64,000 bases of DNA from IMG/VR virus record IMGVR_UViG_3300021197_001931, positions 64,001 through 128,000 of that record. One strand, written 5' to 3'. A program made the position numbers and the translations under genes. Positions within the stretch are counted from its first letter, which is position 1; every line of letters begins with the position of its first letter. The notes under the pieces were generated by a model. The model was not told where the DNA came from, did no database searches, and saw only the letters and a list, made by a program, of their open reading frames with translations. Of this stretch, positions 1 to 10,025 are shown piece after piece. The stretch is from a virus.

Positions 1-1
1 A

Positions 2-1372
2 ATTAGTTTCGAACCACTCCCAGCTGAGTTTTATTCCTCTGGGGGCCAAATAAATTTGGTTGATGTTGACATTCAACTTGTGCCTTCAATACAGCTCATT
101 GAACTTCCTTATGTTTCATCTATAACGGCTGGGATTAACGTTTTGCGAAGAACTATGTTGGACGACCCTCCCATGCCACCAGAGGTTGAGGTGCTCCCAT
201 ATACTGGTGTTAATGACCATCTTCTATTTTTACTAAATACTGGAGCTGGCTCAAGAGAGTTCTTGCCAATATCTTTCAATAGCGAAGAACAAAATTTTAT
301 AGATAGGATTAGGCTAAACAATCCAGGGTCGGATACAGATGAAATTTTATATGAGAACGATGATCCATCAACTATATTTGAAGTTTATAGATTAGAGAGA
401 AAACCCACTTCGTATAATGATTTTAAAGGAAACCTTTTAGCCGAGGTTAGCTCTATAGATGAATTAATAGGATACAGGCAAGCGTCGTCAGTTGGGTATC
501 GAAACTTTATTCAGCCAAATACGGTATATTATTACATGTTTAGGGCGGTTGATATTCATGGGCACGTATCTCATCCAAGCCCAGTGTATCAAATTGAATT
601 AATAGACGATCAAGGGGCAGTATATCCGATCATAAGAAGCTTTGAGTTTGAGTCGCAATTACAAAGAAAGTCTAAAATTAAAAAATTAAATAGATTTTTA
701 AAAATTAGTCCCACTTTTTTGCAAAGTGTTCTGGGAGATCTAAGCATAACCTCTGGTCCCCCGGCTACTGCACCAAGGGAAGATAGTCTTCCTCTTGGGG
801 TTCAAACCCTAAGTCTTTGGGACAAAAGTTTTAAAATTAGGTTGACAGGACGAAAAACTGGTAGGAAAATTGACTTAAATATCAATTTTAATAAAGAATA
901 TGATAATACGCTTCCTGACGAGGCTCCTGACATTGTTTATGATGAGGCTACCAGCCCAGCGGAGCCAGTCACGACTACACCAGAATCGACATATACACCA
1001 CCGGATGTCCCCGATGAATCTGAAGTCAGCCCTCCTTTGAAGGAAACTGAGTTTATACCTGGCACGCTGCCCCCAGAATTGCGACCTGATACTAGCGCGC
1101 CTCCTTTAAAGGAAGTTGAGCTTACACTTGGCACACTTCCCCCAGAATTGCGACCTGATACTAGCGCGCCTAGTATGATTCCACGCGAAACATTAGGAAA
1201 CGTAAACACTCGGCGCCCACCAGGAGATCCAAGCTTTGGTAGAGATTCAATGCCTGCCGGCGGCAGAGTCTTTCGGGATTTTCCTCCCGCTCCTCCCCCA
1301 CGCACTCCCCCGCGGACCCATCAACAGTCATCAGTTGATGATCCGAAGAATCGCCGCTACCGGGACGATTAA
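2..1372 (+). CDS. 5'-truncated hypothetical (probably virion/baseplate-region) protein with Pro-rich tail
   Basis: Frame is open from base 2, upstream of the TTG at 56. Possible FN3/Ig-like segment (YYYMFRAVDIHGHVSHPS); low-complexity Pro-rich C-terminus. Confidence 0.6.
   Translation: MSFEPLPAEFYSSGGQINLVDVDIQLVPSIQLIELPYVSSITAGINVLRRTMLDDPPMPPEVEVLPYTGVNDHLLFLLNTGAGSREFLPISFNSEEQNFIDRIRLNNPGSDTDEILYENDDPSTIFEVYRLERKPTSYNDFKGNLLAEVSSIDELIGYRQASSVGYRNFIQPNTVYYYMFRAVDIHGHVSHPSPVYQIELIDDQGAVYPIIRSFEFESQLQRKSKIKKLNRFLKISPTFLQSVLGDLSITSGPPATAPREDSLPLGVQTLSLWDKSFKIRLTGRKTGRKIDLNINFNKEYDNTLPDEAPDIVYDEATSPAEPVTTTPESTYTPPDVPDESEVSPPLKETEFIPGTLPPELRPDTSAPPLKEVELTLGTLPPELRPDTSAPSMIPRETLGNVNTRRPPGDPSFGRDSMPAGGRVFRDFPPAPPPRTPPRTHQQSSVDDPKNRRYRDD
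1031..1168 (+). repeat. 69-bp in-frame tandem duplication (2 copies)
   Basis: PPLKETEFIPGTLPPELRPDTSA and PPLKEVELTLGTLPPELRPDTSA; units start at 1031 and 1100. Confidence 0.95.
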
Positions 1373-1382
1373 TAGGTATGAG

Positions 1383-1390
1383 ACTATTTA
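1383..1390 (+). promoter_or_regulatory. putative late promoter motif ACTATTTA (variant ACTAATTA at 1422)
   Basis: Octamer recurs upstream of structural genes throughout 1-40 kb. Confidence 0.65.
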
Positions 1391-1450
1391 AAAGAAAAAC
1401 GGGAAAAATGATTAGAAAATCACTAATTATATTTATAACGAGGAAATAAT

Positions 1451-2380
1451 ATGGCTTTTTTGAACAATTCAGGAGATATTATTCTTGATGCAGTCTTGAC
1501 TGATCTAGGTAGACAACGCCTAGCCAGAGGTGACGGCAGCTTTAGAATTACAAAGTTTGCTTTAGCGGACGACGAGATTGATTACACTCTTTACAATAAG
1601 AACCATCCCAGCGGCAGCGCTTATTACGACCTTGAGATTTTGCAGACACCAGTCCTAGAGGCGTTCACAAACAACACATCTTTCTTAAAATCAAAGCTAG
1701 TAACAATACCCCGATCAAATATTTTATATTTACCAGTGCTAAAACTGGCCCAGGGGGCACAAAAAAGGGAACCCTTTTATTCAAGCGTAAATGCATATCT
1801 TGTCGCCGTAAATGAGGCAACACAAGATTCAAAAATTTCTAATTCTATCAAAATGGATGTTGATGGAATCCTTTATGGAGCAAGTGGTTTTGAGAACAAT
1901 AATCCCATCACTATTCACCAGGGGCTGGATACAGATGAGATTTCTTCAAATCGAGCCCTCGATTCAAGCTTGATCGAAACATCTTATATGATTGAGGTAG
2001 ACAACAGACTGGGCAGCATAGTTAGCCCTCAAGGCGTCCCAGCAACCTACTCTTTCCTTGATGATGACAACATTGCCACATATTATTTTAGCATCAAATC
2101 TGACAGGAGTTATTTTGAAAATATAACAAATCCAAAAGTCTTGTCTTCGTTGGCTGGCCCACGAGGTTCGAGTCTTGTATTTAAAATAGCTTCTTCGGTG
2201 GAACTCGCTACTAGTACCCACTTGTTTACAAAACTAGGCGGAAACACGATGTCCGTGGATGCTGCATCTGGCGGAGGAACTGTCAATGTAAATTATATTG
2301 ACGCCACAGTTAGAGTTACGGGCGTAAACACAGGATATAGACTAGATATTCCAATTAGATTTATTAGATCACCATCTTAA
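1451..2380 (+). CDS. putative baseplate/tail-collar structural protein
   Basis: N-terminus AVLTDLGRQRLA...ITKFALADDEIDY resembles the start of tail-collar fibre (DUF3751-like) domains; SD GAGGA. Confidence 0.55.
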   Translation: MAFLNNSGDIILDAVLTDLGRQRLARGDGSFRITKFALADDEIDYTLYNKNHPSGSAYYDLEILQTPVLEAFTNNTSFLKSKLVTIPRSNILYLPVLKLAQGAQKREPFYSSVNAYLVAVNEATQDSKISNSIKMDVDGILYGASGFENNNPITIHQGLDTDEISSNRALDSSLIETSYMIEVDNRLGSIVSPQGVPATYSFLDDDNIATYYFSIKSDRSYFENITNPKVLSSLAGPRGSSLVFKIASSVELATSTHLFTKLGGNTMSVDAASGGGTVNVNYIDATVRVTGVNTGYRLDIPIRFIRSPS

Positions 2381-2392
2381 AAAGGATAGAAA

Positions 2393-3523
2393 ATGGCTAC
2401 CACATTTAAAACATTAGGCGCAAAAGACGTTACGTCGACAAGATCTCTCTTACACGAAGCAATTCCAATTACTGGATCGATAGTTTCGGGAACCTATGTT
2501 CAAGGAGGATACGCGGGCACTGAAACAAATATTAGGGACTATACACACGGTATGTTCCAAAGTGTGTATGATTATCCGTATTTAAGCTCATCTGCAAATC
2601 ATATTTTTGATTTAACAATGGGGTATTCCGCCAATTCTGCTCTTTCTAAGTCATCTCTTGTAGCGCAAAATGCAAAAAAGATTAATATCTATAATCAAAT
2701 GGCCCAAGTCCTCATGGGTTTTGATCACACAGGGTCCGTCCATGAATTTGATGAAGACGGAGATCTAAGTGGTGGCTCTAAAATGCGCGAGTGCTTCTTT
2801 GTTAATTTCGCAAGATTGTTGACAAAGGATGAAATTAAAAAGGGCACGTTTGCTTTGACTCTAGGAGTTAGTGGTGCATATAACGATTTTGGCGCATTTG
2901 TCCAGAGAGTACAATTAGCAGATACGAATGCAGCCACAAGCTTTAAAGTGAACTCTCCTGCTGGAGAATATTCAATATTGTATGCAACAAATGTGGCCGG
3001 AACAGAGCTAATCAACCCAACAGCAGGAACAACAGCTATTAAAGCAGGGCTGATATTTTATCAAGCCGGCGTTGCAGTAATAACTGGATCTATTTTTGCT
3101 AGCCAGCAAACTGAGCCTCTTGGGCTTCTATCTGGCTCAGGTGGCCCTGGAGAGCCTCTCCGATTTAACGCCTCTGAAGAAACTGTAAGTGCTGTTATGT
3201 CTGGGTCTACGATCTCTGCTGCCGCTGAAGGATTTAGGCATAGGTATGAAAACCTTAACTTTAATAACACAACAGAGCTAAATTCAACAATCTATTTCTG
3301 TAGAGCGAACAATAATGATTTTAATTATTCTTCAAACCCATCTTACTTATCAGCTAGTAAACTACGGGTAAAAGATAATGCTTCTGACCCTCCGCTTGCT
3401 TATGCAACAACTGTTGGGTTGTATAGTCCCGATAACGAACTTTTAGCAACTGCAAAACTTTCTGAACCAATTAAAAAGGACCCAACTGACGAATTTACAC
3501 TAAGAGTGCGTTTAGATTATTAA
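2393..3523 (+). CDS. putative baseplate/tail-collar structural protein
   Basis: C-terminal TTVGLYSPDNELLATAKLSEPIKK motif resembles the end of DUF3751-like domains. Confidence 0.55.
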   Translation: MATTFKTLGAKDVTSTRSLLHEAIPITGSIVSGTYVQGGYAGTETNIRDYTHGMFQSVYDYPYLSSSANHIFDLTMGYSANSALSKSSLVAQNAKKINIYNQMAQVLMGFDHTGSVHEFDEDGDLSGGSKMRECFFVNFARLLTKDEIKKGTFALTLGVSGAYNDFGAFVQRVQLADTNAATSFKVNSPAGEYSILYATNVAGTELINPTAGTTAIKAGLIFYQAGVAVITGSIFASQQTEPLGLLSGSGGPGEPLRFNASEETVSAVMSGSTISAAAEGFRHRYENLNFNNTTELNSTIYFCRANNNDFNYSSNPSYLSASKLRVKDNASDPPLAYATTVGLYSPDNELLATAKLSEPIKKDPTDEFTLRVRLDY

Positions 3524-3544
3524 CATAAGCTATTTATTTATGTT

Positions 3545-4774
3545 ATGCCATATTATAAATTCAAACAAAGCGATATTTACTTTAATCGCATAAAAGCACA
3601 CCCGCAAAAGAAGTTTTTTGTCTACAACTCTTCAATCTTTTTAGATAATCAATCCAAAATTAGTGGAACTTTTACAGGAAGTATACCAAACGCACCTACG
3701 GGATATGTCAGCCTGTATGAGCTTAATGTTGACAGACACGACCTCAGCATGGGTCCAGCCCCAGCTTTAATAAATCCGTTTGTTGAGCGTGATTCAAACC
3801 TAACTGCATTTCGAACTATAAGCACTTCAAGTTTTTATAGGACAGAAATAGGAGAAAGTGTAACGGGGTCTTACCCTCTTACTGCAAGCATAGAGAGAGA
3901 TTTATTTGAAGCTTGTCCTGTCGGTGAAAGCCGCAATCGAGCAAATAAAATAAATGCTTTAAAGACAACATTGGATTATTATACTCCACTAAGCAATCAG
4001 TATGAGTTTAGTTCTTCAAACGGAAATTGGGATAAAGGCCAGCAGGCCATAAATTTAATTAGCATTCCGTCAATCTTTTACGGCTCTACAATAAAAAAGG
4101 GAACAGTTGACTTAAAGTTCTATATAACTGGAACCTTGATAGGTGAGCTTCGAGATGAGAACTACAATGGCGAACTAATACAAGTCGGGCCACCAGGGAG
4201 TAATGGGTCAGGAAGCGTAGCTGGGGTTGCTCTATATGATGAGGGGTTCCTAATGCTAACAGGAAGTTGGCCACTAGAGCACGCTGGTTATGATTATACA
4301 AACGCCAACAAGGCTTCAAAGTCTTCATGGTTATATTTCAATGTTGGGGCAAACGATAATATACCCGCGCACCCCGGTAATACAACAAACCCGGCGATAT
4401 CAAGACTATCCGCCAGCTATGACTCTCAGTTTTCTGGCACCAATTACGTTCCCGTTAAGACAATGTTGGCTCATGCTCCAAGAAATGAGCTTAATTACTC
4501 AAGTAACCCATCATACATAGACCAGTCTAGCGCAGGCGCATTTGTTTTTTATACTAGTTCTGCTGGATATATAGAAAATGATAAACAAGGAATTAAAAAT
4601 ACTATAAAATCACCGTATGTAAGCCCTACTGGTAGTTACATGCCTCAAACTTTCATATCAAAGGTTGGAATTTTTGATAAAGATAAGAATTTGATTGCTA
4701 TAGCTAAGGTTGCAACTCCGGTTAAAAAAACAGAAGAGAGAGAGCTTACGTTTAAATTAAAACTGGATTTTTAA
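3545..4774 (+). CDS. putative baseplate/tail-collar structural protein, paralog of the preceding gene
   Basis: Shares NYSSNPSY and KVGIFDKDKNLIAIAKVATPVKK..LTFKLKLDF with 2393..3523; GCTATTTA at 3529. Confidence 0.55.
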   Translation: MPYYKFKQSDIYFNRIKAHPQKKFFVYNSSIFLDNQSKISGTFTGSIPNAPTGYVSLYELNVDRHDLSMGPAPALINPFVERDSNLTAFRTISTSSFYRTEIGESVTGSYPLTASIERDLFEACPVGESRNRANKINALKTTLDYYTPLSNQYEFSSSNGNWDKGQQAINLISIPSIFYGSTIKKGTVDLKFYITGTLIGELRDENYNGELIQVGPPGSNGSGSVAGVALYDEGFLMLTGSWPLEHAGYDYTNANKASKSSWLYFNVGANDNIPAHPGNTTNPAISRLSASYDSQFSGTNYVPVKTMLAHAPRNELNYSSNPSYIDQSSAGAFVFYTSSAGYIENDKQGIKNTIKSPYVSPTGSYMPQTFISKVGIFDKDKNLIAIAKVATPVKKTEERELTFKLKLDF

Positions 4775-5313
4775 TGATTTTAGGATTAGATGTAAGCACC
4801 AGCATAACCGGGGCAACAGTTGTTAATGAAGACGGAGATGTCGTCTGTAATGTAGCCTGGGATACTAGGAATAAAAAGTATTTCCCAACACTCATCTCAA
4901 AAGCCACTTGGATTGAAGAGCGGCTGATTGATATTCAAAAAAAATATAAAGTTAAAGAAATCTATATAGAGCAATCTCTGCATTCTTTTAGATCTGGGTT
5001 TTCATCGGCCCAAACTTTATCAACCCTATCTCGTTATAACGGCATAATATCTTGGATATGTTATCAAGTATTTTTGTTAGAGCCAATGTATGTGGCTGCC
5101 ACTACTGCTAGAAAATCTTGTGGGATCAAGGTTCCAAAGGGCTCAAAGGCAAAGCAAGTTGTGCTTGAATACCTGCTTGACAATGAACCAGAGTTCAGCA
5201 TAGAATATACTCGACAAGGCAATCCAAAGCCGGATTCCTACGATCGAGCAGACAGTATTGTCATTGCTAAGGCTGGTTATAACTTATGGAAGAACAAAAA
5301 CTCTCCATCTTAA
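4774..5313 (+). CDS. ruvC: RuvC-like Holliday junction resolvase
   Basis: ILGLDVSTSITG, IYIEQ and DRADS catalytic acidic residues of the RuvC fold. Confidence 0.85.
   Translation: MILGLDVSTSITGATVVNEDGDVVCNVAWDTRNKKYFPTLISKATWIEERLIDIQKKYKVKEIYIEQSLHSFRSGFSSAQTLSTLSRYNGIISWICYQVFLLEPMYVAATTARKSCGIKVPKGSKAKQVVLEYLLDNEPEFSIEYTRQGNPKPDSYDRADSIVIAKAGYNLWKNKNSPS
5177..5206 (+). promoter_or_regulatory. sigma70-like promoter upstream of primase
   Basis: TTGACA-N18-TAGAAT inside the 3' end of ruvC. Confidence 0.6.
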
Positions 5314-6221
5314 AAGCAGTTCTCGGAAGGTTTCGAAGGACCGGTTCCGAATATCTTTTTGCCTGCCCATTTTGTAAACATCACAAGCCAAAATTCTCTG
5401 TTAATCTTAATCGAGGAGCAAAGTGTTGGGTATGTGACTGGAAAAGCCCTGATGTTCGCCGTGTAATACGACGTGTGGGCTCTTTCGATCAACTGCAGGA
5501 GTGGGATGCGATTACTGGTCGCGTCTCTCTGAGCGCGTTTGACGAGCTTTTTGGAGACTATGAAGATGTGGTGGCCGAAGAGACCATAAAATTGCCAGAC
5601 TCTTTCATATCCTTGGCCAATAGAAATATTTCCTTGTCCTCTTTGGCTGCTAGACAATACTTAAAAAGTAGAGGCCTAACAGAAAAGGACCTTGTAAATT
5701 GGAAGATTGGATTTTGTACTAGCGGTGAGTATGCAAACCGTGTTATAATCCCGTCGTTCAACATGAATGGAGAGGTAAACTATTTCATTGCTCGTGCGTA
5801 TAACGATGATTGGATGCGATATAAGAATCCACCAGTCAGTAGAGACATTGTTTTTAATGAGTTGTTTCTTGATTGGGACAGCGACCTAACAATAGTTGAA
5901 GGAGCCTTTGATGCCATTGTTGCTGGGCCCAATGCCGTTCCTATTCTGGGGTCAACCTTGAATGAGCGGTCTAAATTGTTCCAAGCGATTGTCAAACATG
6001 ACACACCAATATATATTGCTCTTGACCCTGACGCAGAAAAGAAGTCAAACAAACTTATTTCAGCACTGATGAAGTACGATGTTGAGCTTTATAAGGTTGA
6101 CATCTCTGGATATGATGATGTAGGGTCAATGACCAAGCGAGAGTATCAAAAGAGAAAAGAACAGGCACTCTTCATGTCTTCGGACAATTATCTTTACTAT
6201 CGCGCTCTAAGCGCGGTTTAG
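5286..6221 (+). CDS. DNA primase (Zn finger + TOPRIM)
   Basis: CPFC...CWVC, YLKSRGL, RVIIP, VEGAFDA, LDPD. Confidence 0.9.
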   Translation: MEEQKLSILKAVLGRFRRTGSEYLFACPFCKHHKPKFSVNLNRGAKCWVCDWKSPDVRRVIRRVGSFDQLQEWDAITGRVSLSAFDELFGDYEDVVAEETIKLPDSFISLANRNISLSSLAARQYLKSRGLTEKDLVNWKIGFCTSGEYANRVIIPSFNMNGEVNYFIARAYNDDWMRYKNPPVSRDIVFNELFLDWDSDLTIVEGAFDAIVAGPNAVPILGSTLNERSKLFQAIVKHDTPIYIALDPDAEKKSNKLISALMKYDVELYKVDISGYDDVGSMTKREYQKRKEQALFMSSDNYLYYRALSAV

Positions 6222-6228
6222 GAGCCTT

Positions 6229-9200
6229 ATGACATTCAAAATCGCACACTGTGCGGACGTGCATATTAAAAATCTCAAGTATCATTATGAGTATAGGCAC
6301 GTTTTTGCACAAATGTATGATATTTTACGTGATGAGAACGTAGATTGTATCTATATTGGGGGCGATATAGCCCACACAAAGACCCAAATTTCACCTGAAT
6401 TTGTTGAAATTTGCTCTGACTTCTTTACAAATCTGGCCAATATTGCCCCAACTTATGTGATTCTTGGCAATCACGACGGCAATTTGCGTAACTCAACCAG
6501 ACAAGATGCAATTACTCCCATTGTAAAGGCACTTAAAAACCCAAATCTGCACCTTCTTCGTGGATCTGGAGAACACCAGGTAAGTGACGACATTACTTTT
6601 AATGTCTTGTCCATCTTCGACGAGGACGGCTGGGTTAAACCTAGCGACCCCAACAAGATTAACATTGCTCTTTACCATGGTGCGATTGCTGGTGTCGAAA
6701 CAGATACTGGCTTTGTCTTAACTCATGGAGATCATGATTGCTCAATCTTTGAGGATCACGACTTTGCTATGCTTGGAGACATACATAAAACAAATCAAAT
6801 CGTAGATACCGAGGGACGTGTAAGATACTGCGGTTCAATCGTACAACAAAATCATGGTGAGACTAATGATAAAGGATTTTTGACTTGGGAAATTGATAGT
6901 AAAGATGATTTTACTGTCAAGCACCATAAACTTATTAATCCCAAGCCCTTTGTGACGCTCATCCTAACTCCAAAGGGCAGGCTTCCAAATAAAGCCAAAG
7001 TTCCGCCCAATGCTCGCTTGAGGCTTATTGGCAATAATAATATTCCTATCGACAAGCTTCGCAAAGCCATCGATAGTGCAAAGCACAAGTATTCTCCTGA
7101 AAGTGTGACTTTCCTTAATAAGTCTCTTGACTCACGAGGTAATGTTGAAAAACTTACGAGTGGTCTCAATAAGGAAAACCTAAGAGACATGGCAGTTCAG
7201 GAAAAGCTAATCACAGAGTATCTAAAAGATTTTGAGATTAACCAAAAAACTCTTGATCAAATATTTGCCTTAAATCGCAAATACAATTCTATGATTAATA
7301 CTGAAAATGATGTTTCGCGCAATGTTAATTGGAAGCTAAACTCTTTGGAGTGGGACAACCTTTTTAATTATGGTGAAGGTAACAAGATTGACTTTGATAA
7401 GCTAAATGGCATCGTAGGCATTTTTGGAAAGAACTACTCTGGTAAGAGCAGTATTATTGATAGCCTTCTCTATGGCATGTTCAATTCTACCTCAAAAAAC
7501 GAACGAAAAAATCTAAATGTTATTAATCAAAATAGAGATGATGGCAATGCTGTGCTCGTGGCCACCATTGGTGATGACAAGTACAAGATAACTAGAGACT
7601 CGGAGAAGTACACCAAAAAAGTCAAGGGTAACGAGGTTACCGAGGCCAAAACCAATGTAAACTTTGCCAAGATTGATGGCGATGACGAACAGAGTCTAAA
7701 TGGCATGACACGAGCAGAAACAGACCATAATATCAAAAAGACTTTTGGAACAATGGAAGATTTTCTCTTAACATCGATGGCTGCTCAATTTGGGGCCCTG
7801 TCTTTTATTGGCGAAGGATCAACAAAAAGAAAAGAGATTCTTGCCAAGTTTTTGGACCTAGTTGTGTTCGAAGACAAGTTTAAACTTGCCAAGAAAGATT
7901 CGTCAGAACTTAAGGCTGCCTTGAAGCGTTTAGAGGGCAACGATTATACAGAGAGGATCACGGAAGTATCATCTAAATTTCAAGAGAACAAAGACCTTTT
8001 AGATTCTTGCTCTGAAGAGTCAGAGAGTCTTAAAAGACAATTGGCATCTAAAAATGCTGAGTTATCTGAGTTAAAGTCGCGCATCGCTGCAGCACCAGAT
8101 TCGGCATCCAAGTTAGTCATGGCACGAGAACGTCTTGGATACTGTGATAAAGAAATAGATTCGCTAAAAAAGAAAGAGCAGCAACTGTCGGAAAAGGTCA
8201 CTACTAAAAATGATGCTCGAACAAAGATTGCAGAATTTTTAAGCAGCCTTAATATTATGGATTTGAAGGAGCAGCAAGAGTTTCTTGAGGTCAAGACTGA
8301 CGAACTCCAAGGGCTCTTATCCCAAATTAAGAAAAGCGAAGGCTTAATTAAAAATGATGAAAAGAAGCTAAAGCTTCTTTCTGAAGTTCCATGCGGAAAT
8401 GAGTTTCCTAAGTGTAAATTTATCAAGGACGCCCATAAAGCAAAGGGCACGCTTGAAGATAATAAAGGCAGCCTTGCAGATCTAAATAAAAAACATGATT
8501 CAGTTTCTGCTGAAATAGGTGTCTCTGACATTGAAAATGTTCGTGGTCTTATACGAAAGCACGAACAACTTTCTCTAAAAAACACACAGCTAAAAAAAGA
8601 CCTAGAGTACATCTCATTAGAGATGCAGACAGTTATTTCCCGCAGAAACGAATTGCTTGTAAATCGAGAGGGCCTGTTTAAGGAAGTAGAATCTTTCGAG
8701 AAAGACAAAGAGGGTTTAAAAAAGGCCAAAGATTATAATGCGGAAAGATCATCTCTAGATTCTGATATCAAAAGATTGAACAAGAAGCTAGAAAGTTGTG
8801 AAGTTCGTTTGAGAGAGTTTTATCTCCAGCATGGATCATATGAGCAGAAGCTAATTAATCTTCGTGAGCAAAAGCAAGAGCTAGAAGATTTAAGAACGGA
8901 ATATTCTGCGTATGATCTTTATATGAAGTGTATGCATAGTAATGGAATTGCCTATGATATTATTAAGAAGAAGCTTCCTGCTATTAACGAGGAGATTTCA
9001 AAAGTTCTAACAAATGTGGTAGACTTTGAAGTGTACATGGAAAGTGGAGATAAAAGGCTAGATATTTTTATTAAACACCCACGTTACATTGGCAGACCAA
9101 TTGAAATGGGCTCTGGAGCAGAAAAGACTGTGGCCTCGATGGCAATTAGGCTTGCGTTGCTAACAGTATCTAGCTTGCCTAAGAGCGATGTGTTTATTTT

Positions 9201-9381
9201 AGATGAGCCTGGTACCGCTTTAGACAAGGACAACATGGATGGGTTTGTTAGAATTTTAGATATGATTAAATCAAAATTTAAAACAATTCTACTTATTTCG
9301 CATCTTGATTATTTAAAGGATTGCGTAGACACGCAGGTAGTCATTGACAAACAAGATGGGTACGCTTTAGTTAGCAACTAA
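6229..9381 (+). CDS. fused SbcD/Mre11 nuclease - SbcC/Rad50 ATPase (T4 gp47-gp46 equivalent)
   Basis: Metallophosphoesterase motifs ADVH, GGD, GNHD, GDIH; Walker A GKNYSGKSS; long coiled coil; signature GSGAEK; Walker B FILDEP; ISH loop. Confidence 0.92.
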   Translation: MTFKIAHCADVHIKNLKYHYEYRHVFAQMYDILRDENVDCIYIGGDIAHTKTQISPEFVEICSDFFTNLANIAPTYVILGNHDGNLRNSTRQDAITPIVKALKNPNLHLLRGSGEHQVSDDITFNVLSIFDEDGWVKPSDPNKINIALYHGAIAGVETDTGFVLTHGDHDCSIFEDHDFAMLGDIHKTNQIVDTEGRVRYCGSIVQQNHGETNDKGFLTWEIDSKDDFTVKHHKLINPKPFVTLILTPKGRLPNKAKVPPNARLRLIGNNNIPIDKLRKAIDSAKHKYSPESVTFLNKSLDSRGNVEKLTSGLNKENLRDMAVQEKLITEYLKDFEINQKTLDQIFALNRKYNSMINTENDVSRNVNWKLNSLEWDNLFNYGEGNKIDFDKLNGIVGIFGKNYSGKSSIIDSLLYGMFNSTSKNERKNLNVINQNRDDGNAVLVATIGDDKYKITRDSEKYTKKVKGNEVTEAKTNVNFAKIDGDDEQSLNGMTRAETDHNIKKTFGTMEDFLLTSMAAQFGALSFIGEGSTKRKEILAKFLDLVVFEDKFKLAKKDSSELKAALKRLEGNDYTERITEVSSKFQENKDLLDSCSEESESLKRQLASKNAELSELKSRIAAAPDSASKLVMARERLGYCDKEIDSLKKKEQQLSEKVTTKNDARTKIAEFLSSLNIMDLKEQQEFLEVKTDELQGLLSQIKKSEGLIKNDEKKLKLLSEVPCGNEFPKCKFIKDAHKAKGTLEDNKGSLADLNKKHDSVSAEIGVSDIENVRGLIRKHEQLSLKNTQLKKDLEYISLEMQTVISRRNELLVNREGLFKEVESFEKDKEGLKKAKDYNAERSSLDSDIKRLNKKLESCEVRLREFYLQHGSYEQKLINLREQKQELEDLRTEYSAYDLYMKCMHSNGIAYDIIKKKLPAINEEISKVLTNVVDFEVYMESGDKRLDIFIKHPRYIGRPIEMGSGAEKTVASMAIRLALLTVSSLPKSDVFILDEPGTALDKDNMDGFVRILDMIKSKFKTILLISHLDYLKDCVDTQVVIDKQDGYALVSN

Positions 9382-9388
9382 CTATTTA
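9381..9388 (+). promoter_or_regulatory. putative late promoter ACTATTTA
   Basis: Exact motif 22 nt before the holin-like gene. Confidence 0.65.
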
Positions 9389-9409
9389 TTAAATGTCTAC
9401 GGAGGCAAT

Positions 9410-9616
9410 ATGACAGAAGCACAAATACAAAAAGCTCCTTTGGCTGATAGAATTCTTGGCAAGTTAACTTCAAGAAAGCTATTGGTTTGGGGCACGGCCA
9501 CGGCCCTGGCATTTCTAGGGTTTGTGACATCTAGTGATTGGGTGACAATTTCAGTGGTATACATCGGCTCTCAAGGCGTTGTTGACACTGTAGTCGCTCT
9601 GAAGAATGCGGGTTAG
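9410..9616 (+). CDS. small two-TM holin-like protein
   Basis: 68 aa, SRK followed by two hydrophobic helices; SD GGAGG. Confidence 0.5.
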   Translation: MTEAQIQKAPLADRILGKLTSRKLLVWGTATALAFLGFVTSSDWVTISVVYIGSQGVVDTVVALKNAG

Positions 9617-10025
9617 TGTGAGCTTGCTCACAATAAAAACTCTCCTATTAAAAGCATGGGCATGGACCAAAACTCATTGGTATGTGCCTGTGCTTTTTAT
9701 TACCGCTGCCTTACTTACCATTTTTACCAAAGGTGACGCTGTTAATCCCATTTTGGATCTAATGGACAAGAACCGCAAGAACTATGAAAATAGAGTCAAA
9801 GTTCTAGAAGAAAGTCGTGAGAATGAAATAAGAAGGTCAGAAGAAGTCAGGATAAAATTTGATGAAACGATACGACAGATTGAGCGACAACATGATGAGT
9901 CTAGTAGTTCACTTGATAGAGAAAGGCGTAAAAGGGTTAAGGAGCTTGTGGAAAACTTTCATCAAGATCCTGGATCCCTCTCAGAAGCTTTAGAAAAGGA
10001 ATTCGGGTTTAAGAATGTTGAGTAG
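9606..10025 (+). CDS. N-terminal TM plus coiled-coil protein (i-spanin-like)
   Basis: Hydrophobic WYVPVLFITAALLTIF followed by charged heptads. Confidence 0.45.
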   Translation: MRVSVSLLTIKTLLLKAWAWTKTHWYVPVLFITAALLTIFTKGDAVNPILDLMDKNRKNYENRVKVLEESRENEIRRSEEVRIKFDETIRQIERQHDESSSSLDRERRKRVKELVENFHQDPGSLSEALEKEFGFKNVE

